In this document: positions 36,710-50,335 of the stretch, piece by piece | How the letters are laid out: each line of letters begins with the position of its first letter | Numbering within the stretch: the first letter of the stretch is position 1 | Assembly: GCA_964016885.1 (NCBI GenBank) | Contig: OZ024750.1 | Coordinates: 50,344,001-50,408,000 of the forward strand | Reading direction: 5' to 3' | DNA: 64,000 nucleotides | From: Eledone cirrhosa | Lineage: Eukaryota | The notes under the pieces: model-generated | The model's database searches: none | The model's input: the letters and a program-made list of their open reading frames with translations, nothing else | What the model was told of the DNA's origin: nothing | Program-made: the position numbers and the translations under genes

Positions 36710-38225
36710 AGAACCGTAGAGCAAATATTTATTAAAATAACAGATTAAAGTTTAAGCAAAGAATCGCTGCTTTCACCCTTAACGGGATCTTCTGAAACTA
36801 ACAAAGTCAATCTGTAAACCCAGAAGTGGATATTTCAAAAAACGCAAATACAAAATCACGTAAATGGTATAGCTGAAGTCGTAGACTAAAATTCTAACTA
36901 GGAAACCGAATGAATCTCCGCTTCAGAGTTAAGAATAAAGTAAATAAAATACAATACAGAGGTAATAGAAATTAAATAAATACATACACGCATGCAAATA
37001 CGTACATACACTAGCATACGCAAAAACACTTGCCATAGGTATACAAAACTACGCTCATATAAATATGTGTGTGTGTGTGCGTGTATACAAATAAATAAAT
37101 AATTAAATAAACGTATATAAATAAATAAATACGTATTTAAAAAGCGCACACACATACCTACATGTAGATACACAAATGTTCGGAGACGTAAGTCAACCAA
37201 AACATGAAGTACACATATATACACACCCAACATACGTATGAACCTGCATACTCACACAGACGCAAAACTCCCGTATACACATAACCAAACCATATGTACC
37301 AGAATATATAAAAAAATTATACGCCATAACATATACAATCAAATATACCTACGAGAAAGTACACGTACCTTCACAAAACATACAGCTAATATATACTTAC
37401 CTATACAAATAAGTAATGGTATAAACAAAACATATACTTAGCTACCACACCAAGACGTAAAATCTCCACGTATAGATCGCACTATCCGTTAGGGTATAAC
37501 GTGGGGCTGTAATACAGGAAAGTTTTGTGCAATTTATGTTTACAAGCCGAAATTGCCTCACATTTGTTGTTAAGGATGTGGTCTGTGGTGTAGAGTAGTT
37601 CCAGGGCCTCAGCGGCGCAGACGTCACATGGTCTTTTATTTCCGTTATACGATCTAGCCCTAGCTAGGATCTCCCAGTGTGGTTGTCTTTTAGACTCCAG
37701 ATATAAGCTGAAAGTGACGTCATATTCCTTCTTAGAGGGTAACGAAAAGAATGGGTATGCATGTCCCGTAGGGCCTACATAGGGTTAACCGTCAATAGAT
37801 TCAAGCAGCGTCTTTACATGCATACCCATTCTTTTGTGTGTGCATGTGTGTGTTCATGTATACAAATAATTAAATAAACGTATATAAATAAATAAATACG
37901 TATATAACAAGCGCCCACACATACCTACATGTAAATACACAAATATTCGGAGACGAACCACAACCAAAACACGAAGTACACATATACACACACCCTACAT
38001 ACGTACGAACCCGCATACTCACACAGACGCAAAACTCACGTATAGACATAACCAAAAGCATATGTACCAGAATATATAAAATATACGCCATAACATATAC
38101 AATCAAATATAAACACGAGAAAGTATACGTACCTTCACAAAACATACAGGTAATATATACTTACCTATGCAAATAAGTAATGGTATAAACATAACATATA
38201 GTTAGCTACCACATCAAGACGTAAA
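36710..38225 (-). mobile_element. PLE remnant: GIY-YIG C-terminus (about 37520-37760) between direct repeats of its 3' UTR
   Basis: The minus strand reads WEILARARSYNGNKRPCDVCAAEALELL..ILNNKCEAISACKHK. About 37085-37462 is repeated at about 37860-38225, and the terminal HHR-like motif is at 36749. Confidence 0.8.
36749..36799 (-). ncRNA. Hammerhead-like motif, CAGAAGA family
   Basis: Reverse complement of 7354-7404 with one loop difference. Confidence 0.65.
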
Positions 38226-38814
38226 ATATATATTAGTATTGGTGCTCTGAAATAGCAATATATATATGAATGTAAGTATAGTATATTTCATAACATACTG
38301 TATGATTAATTATTAACATTTTCAAGACAATTTCCTATGAATTTTAAAGTAGTGACTATATATATATTTTTTTTTTTGTTTTTCTCTCTCTCGTCTACGA
38401 TTTCACAGAACTTACGTTCACCGAATTCACAGACTAGATCCCTTCTTCCTCCCGTTAGACCTGTACAGAATTCCTTCCTTGCTAACATTCCAACCAGGTT
38501 TGATGGTCTTTATTCTCTCTCGTTCACGATTTCACCGAATTTATATTCATAGAAATTTGGGACTTGACTCCTTCTTCCTCACTTTTCGTTGCTTCACCAT
38601 CTTTGTTTCTTTACACTCGTGTCCCCTTTATTTACGTGTCCCAACGACTTTTTTTAGCCGTTGCTCGCACCAACCGGAGGTATATGGTCTTTAAAGCGAT
38701 GAAATACCAATGATGGTTGGAAGGTCACTGATGAAGGACTAACTTTATTCATATGTAACCCATTAGCAACCACGCAGCACGTTTATTCTCATATTTACAT
38801 ATATATATATATAT

Positions 38815-38919
<105 letters not shown>

Positions 38920-39026
38920 TATAGAAATGTCGTATTTCTAAAGAAATGCGGTTTTAGCAAGCCGTAGCTATGCAAACACCGGGTGCTAACGCCCTCTCGT
39001 GGTGTCCAGCAGAAGCAAGAGGGACA

Positions 39027-39070
39027 ACCGTCTATGCATTTCAGGCTTGACTGGCCTTCGTCAGGACGGT
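39027..39070 (-). ncRNA. Minimal type I hammerhead ribozyme
   Basis: Minus strand ACCGTC-CTGACGA-AGGCcagtcaaGCCT-GAAA-TGCA-TA-GACGGT, with palindromic stem III ATGCAT. Confidence 0.85.
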
Positions 39071-39590
39071 CCCTCCCACCACTTGCTACTGCTGGACTTG
39101 AAAACAGTCGAAAATGTATAGTTTTCTCGTCTGTGTAATTTCTAGTAAATGTCTATACATATTGTATAAAGCTATGCCTGAAGCGAAATCTTATTTATTT
39201 TCTATTATAAGTTGAGCCAACTTATGCAGCTTCATATGCACATGAGATTAATCATCTCATTTACACAGACGAAAAAAACTGTATATTCTAGCTCTGTACT
39301 ATACATAGAGCACTCTTCTTTCAAATAAACCTATATCTCTCTCTATAGAGTGTGTAGAAAAGGGTACATATTCACGCTCACACACACACACATATATATA
39401 CAGAGAAAGAGAGAGGGAGAGTTATAGATATATATCCTATATCCATCCATCATTGGCGCCGTATCTCTTGATGTGGTGGTAATGGTGTCATCGTCTCGAG
39501 CACATTTAAACCTGCCGGAGCCCATATTTCTCGAAAGAAAAAGCGATAGAGAGATAAACATTTAGAAAATATATATATATATAATTATAT

Positions 39591-39654
<64 letters not shown>

Positions 39655-40241
39655 GTGCGTGTGTGTATGTGCGTGTGTCTGTATGAGTGTGTGTGTGTGT
39701 GTGAATAATACTGACCTTAATATTTACGATGCTTTGAAATTTCTTGCTGAATACAGAGACATGAATTGTTTAGAAAGATTTCTCTAATAAATTCCATTGT
39801 TTATATACAAATATATTGTTGTCAGAATTACCATTGACATCTCCAGCGTCACGGAAGAAAAACCAGAAAAGATAAAAAGTATCAATCGAGAAAATATCGG
39901 CCAAAAACACATTATTCACATTACTGGAAAATTTGATCCACATTCATAATATATAAGAATTCTCTTCCCCATTTCTGTCTCGATAGTGTTAGCTTTGAGA
40001 AAATGGAATCTATTATTTATTCAGTTTCAGTTTCGATCTAGTAACCCTGTTAGAAAAATTCACAATATTCTTGTCGGCTTGTCTCAGCCAGAAAACCATT
40101 CTTCATAAAGATTGTCTGGAGAAAGCTAGGCCAAATAAGGGGAGAAATACATGAGACATTCACTCGTGTATTTATAACTTGTATCGTCCCAGCTTTCCTA
40201 AAACACACCCAATAACACATTTCACTGTCCTTCATATAGAT

Positions 40242-40375
40242 CAGAGGTTCTCATAGTACGCCCCCCCCCCCCGTGGGGTGTTGAGAAGGTCCATAGGGCA
40301 CTGCGGTCTAAGGGGGTGGTTGGGATCGGGTTGGTAGAGATAATATAATAGTATATTAAATTTCAAATGATAAAT

Positions 40376-40410
<35 letters not shown>

Positions 40411-40672
40411 AAATAAAAAATATATAATATTTATTTATACATAGTATATATTAAATTATTTATTATATTTATTATATATAATTAACGATTTTATTTATTA
40501 TATTTATTATATATAATTAATGGTTTTATTTATTATATTTATTTATTATAACGATTTTATTTATTATACAATTTGCATGTAGACAGATCTCTCTAGAAAT
40601 ATGGTAGGAGTACTGAGGGTGTTACGTGGCCGTGTGGGTGGGTGGGTGGCCCAACAATTATGAGAACCGCTG
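40242..40672. mobile_element. hAT-type MITE
   Basis: TIRs CAGAGGTTCTCATA / TATGAGAACCGCTG with the perfect 8-bp TSD ATATAGAT (40234-40241 and 40673-40680). Confidence 0.9.
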
Positions 40673-40952
40673 ATATAGATTAACTGACTATTCACATGTA
40701 TAGATGCATACACATATGCATGTGTACACATATAATTCAGACATATCTATCAACACATGCAATAGCATGCGTACCTACAGATACACACACAGACACACAC
40801 ACACATACACGTATATACACACACTCAGACACACACACAGGCACGAGCACACACACACACGAACTCACTCACATACAAACAAACACACACTCACACTCAC
40901 ACTATTAAACATGAGCACATATACGTATTTAACTAGTTCATATCTAATTTAG

Positions 40953-41630
40953 TGATTTATGTTCAGAGCCATCCTCAGCATTCTCGTGTAGCATCCATCC
41001 ACCATCTGAGTGAGTTTCATGGTCAGTGCCCAAGTCTCAGACCCGTACAGCAGCACAGACTCCACTACAGCAATGAAGAGGCGGATTTTCAGGTCTTTAC
41101 GAAGGTCCGACTTCCACACCGATCTCAAGCTGTGGCACGCCGCCCAAGCTTTGCTCTTCCTCTCAACCACATCCTCCTCCGTATTCCCAATCTTTGCTCC
41201 CAAGTCCTCAACCAATTCTAGCGGCTTCCCGCTTACATTAGTGATTCACTCTGGCTCCTCAACATGCTCACCCAGATATGTTCTTTTAGTCTCATTCATT
41301 CTCAGCCCCACACTCATCGACACAGTCTCAACCTCCTGCATCAAATCCTGAAAAACTCAGAGCTGTAAAGGAGCCTCCCAAAAGTGACACCGAGGAGACT
41401 GAGGTTAGCTGGACATGCTCACCGTCATCCAGAGTTGACATTGCACTCAGTGTTCCTGTGGGAGCCCCTACATGGACACACAGGAAGTGGAAGACCATGG
41501 TTAACGTATGTTGATGCCCTAAGGACAGACACTGGTCGGTTGGAGACGCAGGACATGGCAGCGATAATAAGGGACAGAAAGCGCTGGAGAGAACTCATCC
41601 ATGGATCTCGGGAATGTTACTCGCCCTAGA
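40953..41630 (+). mobile_element. RTE-type LINE 3' fragment with 5' inversion
   Basis: 40953-41348 is antisense (DLMQEVETV..RMALNIN) and 41349-41630 is sense (KNSEL..to the 3' end). Same family as 27305-30550. Confidence 0.9.
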
Positions 41631-41902
41631 AAAAATTTCTAATTTCCACAGAATGTTCTACCTTATAAACCGGCTCTCAATCCCCTCTCACATTCTGTCT
41701 CTAACTCCCTCCCTCTCACTCCATCTCTCTCACTCCCCCTCTCTCTTTCACTATCTCTCTCCTTCACTCTCTCATTCTCATTCCCTCTCTCTCTCACTCT
41801 CACTCTCTCACTTTCACATTCTCCCCTGTCTCACTGTTGATGACAATTCATATAATTTGAAAACCAGAACATACACATATATCGATATTTTATCATCATA
41901 AT

Positions 41903-42265
41903 GGGCGGTAGAGTGTCCGACGCCATGTTTTCAGCCCAGAGTTACGGCCCTTTACGGTCTGAGTTCAAATCGCGCCGAGGTTAACTTTGCCTTTCATCCT
42001 TACAGGATCGATAAAATAAAGTACCAGTAATATACTGGGATAATTGCTGGCCTTGTGCCAAAAGTAGAAACAATTATATTATGATAATGGGCGGTAGAGG
42101 GTCCGACGCCATGCTTTGCATCACAGAGTTAGGGCCCTTTACGGTCTGAGTTCAAATCCCGCAGAAGTTAACTTTGCCTTTCATCTTTACGGGGTCGATG
42201 AAATAAAGTACCAGTAATACACTGGGATAATTGCTGGCCTTGTGCCAATGTAGAAATAAATATTA
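41903..42265 (+). mobile_element. Two tandem SINE copies with the same 5' truncation
   Basis: Both start ATAATGGGCGGTAGAG, period about 186 bp. Confidence 0.85.
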
Positions 42266-42886
42266 TTGTTTCCAGAAAATTCACACATAATTATATTATT
42301 TGATAGAATTATTCAAATTGATGACATCACGTTTATAAAAAGCTTTAGTATCAATATCATACGTAGGTTTTTGATTGTAGGGAAACATCTCTCTTGATAA
42401 TTACTTATGATTTAATTTGGAAATGAATGTGATATATGTCAAAGTAATGCTGTTAGTTTTCCCCTGAGAATATATTGGGTCGACAAGTATGACATTTGTA
42501 GAAATTTGTCTTTTTTCTACAAATTTCTACAGATGTCATACTTGATACATGATGGAGGTAGTTTGTATGAGATGGTGTATACACCAGATTCATCGAATGG
42601 AGATTTTAAAAGGTGTAATATTTCATATGAGACGGTGAGTTGGTAGAATCAATAGAATGTTCGATAGAATGCGTTCTGTGATGAAATACTGTGGAAGAGA
42701 ACTTTGTCGTTAGCAGGTTCTCAGTTAGTAAATAAAATGCCAGTACAATACTGGCGTCGTTCTACACCCCCTCTCTCTTCCTCTCCATCTCTCTCTCTCT
42801 ATTCCTCTCCATCACTCTCTCTCACTCTCCATCTCTCTCTCTCTCTTTAACTGTCGCTGTCTCTATATTTATTTCTCTAATCCTGT

Positions 42887-42938
<52 letters not shown>

Positions 42939-42972
42939 GATAATTTAATATATCAACTAACATAGGCGCACA

Positions 42973-43644
42973 GATTATGTAACTGTCTTTATCCCATTGC
43001 AGAAACTAATTAGTTGGAGTGAAAATTTAAGTAAGTAAGTAAAAAATTTTTTAAAAAATTTTTTTAAAAGATATTTTCTTATTTTACGTCTTTTATATTA
43101 TTGTTCTGCACCCTCCTGCATTGAACCACCTAGGTACTATGACATAACCTGTGTATTTGCTGGCATGGACGTGCATCTGTGCGCCTATGTTAGTTGATAT
43201 ATTAAATTATCTATATTTATCTCCAAATCACTGATTTGTCGAGCAAACCTGCCAAAACCACTTCAAAATTTTTTTTTGGGGTGTTAGTAGGCGTCAGTCA
43301 TCTTACCATCCCATTCCTTCTAACTAGCCTCTATGTCACGTGATTGATTCTTTAGAATCGGCCATTTGACTGGAAGCAGTGAGAATTTCAGTATATAGAA
43401 TCCAGTCCTCGCCTAGCTGTTCTTTCTACCGAATTATTATTTTTATATGAGCCGCCAGTGTCCGCGCATTGCCTGGAGGCTCAGCTGAGAATAGACTCCC
43501 TGATGACGCAATGAATTCTCGACAGTTGGATTATGTAACTGTCTTTATCCCATTGCAGAAACTAATTAGTTGGAGTGAAAATTTAAGTAAGTAAGTAAAA
43601 AATTTTTTAAAAAATTTTTTTAAAAGATATTTTCTTATTTTACG

Positions 43645-43650
<6 letters not shown>
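42973..43650 (+). mobile_element. Family A HHR tandem repeat (retrozyme-like), about 1.2 units, period 556 bp
   Basis: A 3' half HHR ends at 43020 and a complete HHR spans 43495-43576. Homologous to 56908-58340. Confidence 0.85.
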
Positions 43651-43680
<30 letters not shown>

Positions 43681-44014
43681 CTCTCTCTATCTCTCTCTCT
43701 CTCTCTCTATCTCCCTCTCTCTATGCCTCTCTCAGTTTTTCTCTCTTACTTTCTGTCACCATTTATCTCTCTATATATATCTCCTACTCTCGCTTGCTCA
43801 GTGTTTCTAGAAGAAACCGTCTGTGTTCAGGCCTGGAGAGATGTAGGCAACCCTACGACTACAACGAAGAGATAAAAACATGATATTAAGAGAAAAACCA
43901 TGAATTCCATAGGATCGCTTTAAATAATAATTAACTTCACACTCGTTTAATCGAGTATTTTTCACGCTGCACGTTATTACTAAATAGAATTTGACTGCGA
44001 TTACAAATCATTTT

Positions 44015-44355
44015 AATGTCACTTATAGCCCATAACCACCTGCACGTCCACACCCAGCACGGCTGGCAACATGCGACACTCAAAGTGAGGTTCGGTGGTC
44101 TCGGCCTCCGATTAACCCCGGACTTTGCTTTACCTACCTACTCCTTCTGTGTCTCCTCTTGCCGCGCTCTCGTCAGCGACATTCTCAGCCGAACCTGATC
44201 TGGCCCCCGAGAAGGAACAGGCTCTGGCTTACTGGACAGGCGAAGGCTTCTCTATCCTCCAGTATACCAGGGTCCAATGTAACTGGGACGACATCAATTG
44301 CAGGTCCTCAGTCAGGCGGATCGAGTCTGGCTTGTACCAACGCCGCCTCACCTTA
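44015..44355 (+). mobile_element. CRE-like non-LTR retrotransposon fragment (post-RT thumb region)
   Basis: WQHATLKVRFGGLGLR...ALPTYSF, in a GC-rich island. Confidence 0.6.
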
Positions 44356-44496
44356 ACGATTCAAAGGGTAAAACAAGTGACAACAATTTCCTTTCTTTAC
44401 GACCTTGCCCTCCAAACTTAGCGAATGAGAAAACATACAGACATATTTCAGCAATAACACTAACACAGGGCGTTTTTTAATAGTGATATATATATA

Positions 44497-44681
44497 ATTG
44501 TTTCTACTTTAGGCACAAGGCCAGCAATTACCCAGTGGATTACTGGTACTTTATTTTATCGACCCCGTAAGGATGAAAGGCAAAGTCCACCTCGGCGTGG
44601 TTTGAACTCAGATCGTAAAGGGACGTAACTATGCTGGAAAGCATGGCGTCCGACCCTCTACCGATACTGCCAATCCACCGC
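44497..44681 (-). mobile_element. Full-length tRNA-derived SINE
   Basis: Reverse complement of 14205-14397. Confidence 0.9.
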
Positions 44682-44959
44682 CATAATAGTGATATATATA
44701 TATAAAAATAAAGACATATACAAATTACTTGTCTGTACAATAAACACGTATAATATGACACTGTGCATGTTTTAAGCTGTGATCATATCACAGCTAACTC
44801 AGTGCCCTGTGAGATTGGAAAACACTCGAGTTTGAATATTGTTTATCCATCGTTGGTGAAGGTTATTCACGTTTACTTGGTACAGTGAAATAAATGAACT
44901 ATAGCTTATATAAGCTTTTAAGATATCTACAAGTCACTTGAATATAGTTTACTATATTT

Positions 44960-45672
44960 AATTAGAAAGTGAACAACACAAAATATAACTAGTCCATTAC
45001 CAAAGGTTTCTGTTTCCCAGACAATATTAATATACGTCTGGATCAGTGATCAGACAGAGACAGGATAAAAAATATGAAATGAGATTTAAAATCTGTTAAA
45101 AAATTGGAAGTGAGGCTGGAAAGATAACGGGAAATATACATAAGAAAAGAAGTCTAAGAAAAATAATATATAAAAGTATATAGCAATATAGAAAAAGACA
45201 TATGTGTGCATAGATATACACACGCATACACACACACACATGTATATGAGCGTTAAGTCTGCGAAATCATAAGTAAAAAAGTAAATAAATATAACAAATA
45301 CGCATGCACATACACATTGCGTAGATAGAAGCGTATTAACACACTAGTCAGCAGACATGTACATACGCAAATAGAAAAATAAAATAAAATATAATAAAAA
45401 ATATAGATAAGCGGTCGGACAAAAGGATAGAAAAGCACCACGCACATAAAGATAAACTTATACATAAATACAATCACATACGCAAAACTACATATAGATA
45501 CATGCATGTATGTGTGCCTGGGAAGTATAAACATATTGAATCATGCACAAATACACACGCGAGTATACAAAGGATCACACATAGATAACCAGACACATAA
45601 ATACATATATACACATGTATATATATATACATGTGTATATATGTATTTATGTGTGTGGTTATCTATGTGTGA

Positions 45673-45726
<54 letters not shown>

Positions 45727-47710
45727 TATGTGTGTTAGGTAATTCCGAAGATAAAGCAAAGGAAAAACGAGTGTTCTCTGTATAGAACAAAGCTATACGA
45801 ATATGTTGTTGTTGAAAGTATGTGATAAAGGCCCAAGGTGGTTAAAATAAGATAGAACGTTCAGAAAAGGATGAACTCAATAAGTGAATAATATAAATGT
45901 AAAATAAGTGTAAAACAGAATAAAGTAAAATAAAATAAGTGTCGAATATGTAAAAAAATTCAGGGTGTTTAAAATAAGAGAGAGTGGTTAAAATAATAGG
46001 GAGTGTTCAAGGTAAAAGTAAATGAAGAAATGGATAAACTAGGTGTAATATAAGATAAAATTGTTGGTGGTAAAAATAAGAGATAGTGTTCAAGAAATGA
46101 TGAAGTCAATAAGTGAATAATATGAGTGCAAAATAAAATAGAATAGAATAGAATAAAGTAAGTGTTGAATATGTTAAAAGGGTGTTTAAAATAATAGAGA
46201 GTGCTCTAGGTAAAGTAAGAGAGATTGTTCAAGGTAAAGGTAAGGGAAATGAAGAAATGAATAAAATATGTGTAATATAAAATAAGGGAATAATATTAGT
46301 GTTGAATGTGTGATAAATGTCCATAGTGTTTAAAGTAAGAGAGAGTGTTCAAGGCGTAATAAAATATAAGTGTTGAATATGTGAAAAGGAGAGAGTGTTC
46401 AAGGCGGGTAAGTGTCCAAAATGGTGTTTTGATACCGAGAAAGGAGGTGAGTTCTTATATGTCTGCAAATTTTAAATATCCCAGAATTAGAGTTAAGACA
46501 GGTGTTGGGAGATTTCAGATTTTGTAGAATTATATATTTTTCTTTTACACAGAAGGTACATCTGCTTGTGCATTTAACATTCTTTTGATTGGTCTATTTT
46601 AGACCAATCAATTTCATATGGGATCCCACGCTCTTTCATCTCCCACACTATATTTGCCAGCGCCATAGTTTTCTTTTTATCCTGTTGTCTAAAGGAAGCG
46701 ACGTGTGCATAGTATCTTTTTTAAAGGTATCCTGGGTCATGCCCACTTAACCTTCTCCGGTGGAAGGTTGGTTGGTATGAGTAGGTTGGTATGAGTAGGC
46801 CTCCTATACAACGGATTTAATGTTGCATTTGCCTTGCAAAGGACATTCACCTGGATTTCTGCATGAACATCCTGGGATTTCTCTGTCAGTTTTTCCGGTG
46901 GTGATTTTCGATTTTATGGAAGGACTGCAAGAATAGCTAATTTTGACACAGCCTCTGTTAAAAGTTTTGTGATATTTATGGTGATGAGGGACATATTTAT
47001 CTACTAATTCAACGAATTTTCTTCCTACATTTGTTTTGAGTGCTAAAGAGCAGAGTGGTGAGACTAGATTATTTTTCTTTTCCTATTATTATTATGTGTA
47101 GAAGGGTTAGAGGGGTTAGAAATATAATTAATTTGTTCAGTGAATCCGCTATTTTTAAGGGCCTTATGATAGTAAGGGGCTGCTTTATTAAATATTTCTT
47201 CAGAAGAGGAGAGGATAGATATCCTACGGCTAATATTAGGGATGAGGTTTTTAAATACTATCGGAGGGTGACATGACTGTTTATTTATATATTTATTTAT
47301 ATATTTTAGATTCTCATTAGGTTTATGGTAAGGTTTAAATGAAACAGTGAGTAAGTCAAGATTTATATCAAGGAAATTTACATTTGGTAAGATTAGTATC
47401 TATAGTAATTTTAAGTTTCAGGTCAGAGAAAATTTTAATTAAATCTTTACGAAAAGTGCCAAGGTGGCCACTGGTGGTATCAGAGACTGCTAATCCGTCG
47501 TCTCAATATAGCCTAATGGTGTGACCTGGGAGTGTTTCCTTTATTGTGTGTAGAAGGAAAAAACTGACCAAATCACACACATTGGCACTGTCAAAGGAAC
47601 CCATTGAGACATCAAAAGTGTTTTCTGGGTTAGATTTTTTTACACCCAAGATTCATTTTTGGTAAAAAGTAGAGTTTCCGGGCATGTAAAATTACTTCCT
47701 CTTCTAAATC
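44960..47710 (-). mobile_element. Decayed PLE: RT-GIY-YIG (about 46430-47700), repetitive 3' UTR and terminal HHR-like motif (about 44993-45057, core CTGATCA)
   Basis: FDVSMGSFDSANVCDLV, LY*DDGL, FLDINLDL, CPLQGKCNIKSV, YYAHVASFR, CTFCVKEK and ICRH on the minus strand. Confidence 0.88.
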
Positions 47711-47885
47711 GGATAGCAAATTCTAATCCTTTGATTAAGTGATAGAGGGGTAGATGTATGGGCATGCTTATATCTTATATGTATTTACTCTTTTACTTAT
47801 CATTTCGCAGCATTAACGCTCATATACATGTAACATATATGTATATATATATATGTATATATATGTATATATATGTATATATATG

Positions 47886-47987
<102 letters not shown>

Positions 47988-48107
47988 TGTGTGTGTGAAT
48001 GTGTGTATGTATGTGTAATGTGTGTGTGTATGGATGTATATGTATATATATGCGTAGATATGTATTTATATATGTGTCTGTGTATGTATGTGTGTGTGTG
48101 TGTTTGC

Positions 48108-48175
<68 letters not shown>

Positions 48176-48749
48176 AAGGTTTAGCAAATAATGAAAAAGT
48201 TTCAAAATAAATTTTAAAAAATTGACTTTACCTACTATAGTTACCTTTAGCGATCGGTTTCGAATCCCAAAAATAAAACGGAGACCATACGGCCTTCGTT
48301 GCAAAGAGAGATTCTCGTCAGAAGGTTCTTTTCATTCAAAGAATATAAAATTCCTGAATTTAAATCACAAACTAGCGCTATCAAAACTGTTCCTGGGATG
48401 AGAGTGGATGATGTAGAAACAGGTTTATCAAGGGCCGAAGCAAAGATAGAGGCAAAAGGAGGTAGGTCAAACTAGCCACAGCTATTGCTAGCAGCAGTCA
48501 GAACGACCAAATTTGTTCTCAACATTAGTGGAGGTAGTAGTAATAGGATATACGTTCCTTCACGCACAAGGCGCCAAGGTAACATGTATTGTCCAACCAA
48601 ATGCCAGTGTGGTTCAATGGCGGGTTAATATATTAACGAGCCAGAACAAATATAAACAAGGTTTAGCAAATAATGAAAAAGTTTCAAAATAAATTTAAAA
48701 AAATTGACTTTACCTACTAAAGTCAATTTTTTTAAATTTATTTTTTATA

Positions 48750-49628
48750 AGCATGTATACGTACGTCCATATATGTATACAGACGTACGCTAGTATGTAC
48801 ATACATACATGCACACATGCATATATGGACGTATGGGTTTACAGAACATTTATTATAATGTTAGGGTTGTTTGTAAACAAACAGCCGGAATTAAACCGTA
48901 CAGTGTTCGGCACCGATCTTTGCCGTTTTGTTCAACACTGACAAATGAACGATGAACTAGTTTCAAGCTTATTAGCTATCGTCAGCATCGTATACCTTCC
49001 TATCAGATGATTGAACGTTTGAAAGTATATACTTTCCTTGTGCATATTAACGGCTGAGCAGCCTAATTTGTATACAAAGTGAGTTAGTCGGCCGGGCTTA
49101 CCGAAAACGATAAATGGAAAAAACGAAATTAAATTTCTCACTCTTAGTAAGGCTGATACTTATATATAAGTATGTATACGTACATACATATATGTATACA
49201 GACCTACAGTAGTATGTTCGGCAACAATCATTGCCCATTTGTTCGATACTGACAAACGAACGATGAACTAGTTTCTAGCTTATTAGCTACCATCAGCACA
49301 TATATATATATGTACGTGTGTTGGTAAACAAACAGCCCGAATTATCGTTTTTGCTATGCCCAGCCGAATAACTCACTCGGTATGTAAATTAGGCTGCCCG
49401 GCCGTTAATATGCATACGGAAAATATATACTTTCAAACGTTCAATCAACAGACAGGAAGGTATACAGTGCCGATGACAGCTAATAAGCTAGAAACGCGTT
49501 CATCGTTCTTTTGTCAGTGTTGAACAAAATGGCAACGATGGTTGCCGAACACTGTACGGCTTAATTCGGGCTGTTTGTTTACAAACAAACCGAACATTAT
49601 AATAAATGTTCGGTAAATCCGTACGTAC

Positions 49629-49663
<35 letters not shown>

Positions 49664-50187
49664 CATGTATGTATGTATATACATACTACTGTACGTCTAT
49701 ATACATATATGTATGTACGTATACATACTTATATTTAAGTATCAGCCTTACTAAGAGTGAGAAATGAAATTTCATTCCTCACTCTTAGTAATGCTGATAC
49801 TTAAACATAAGTATGTATACGTAGATACATATATGTATATCGACGTACAGTAGTATGTATAGACATACATACATGCACACCCATATATATATATATGTAC
49901 GTACGGATTTACCGAACATTTATTATAATGTTCGGCTTGTTTGTAAACAAACATCCCGAATTAAGCCGTACAGAGTTCGGCAATCATCGTTGCCCTTTTG
50001 TTCAACACTGACAAAGGATCGATGAACTGGTTTATAGCTTATTAGCTGTCATCAGCACGGTATACCTTCCTCTCAGTCGATTGAACGTTTGAAAGTATAT
50101 TATTTCCGTATGCATATTAACGGCCGGGCATCCTAATTTGCATATCGAGTGAGTTAGTCGGCTGGGCATAGCGAAAACGATAATTCG
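48750..50187. mobile_element. Family B HHR repeat cluster (retrozyme-like), orientations -,-,+,-
   Basis: HHR motifs at 48950-48990 (-, intact), 49261-49299 (-), 49465-49505 (+) and 50020-50060 (-). About 49343-49770 is mirrored by about 49771-50187. Confidence 0.87.
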
Positions 50188-50302
50188 GGAGATAACCTGA
50201 CAGTCTGTTTCACGCTGGTTAGGTTTCATCGTGCTTGTGTGTGTGTATGTGTGTATGTATGTGTGTATGTGTGTGTGTGTATGCGTGTATATGTATATGT
50301 TC

Positions 50303-50335
<33 letters not shown>

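Noticed and set aside
39830-40235. Possible host exon(s) on the minus strand
   Set aside because: Stops in the frames examined and no recognisable protein family
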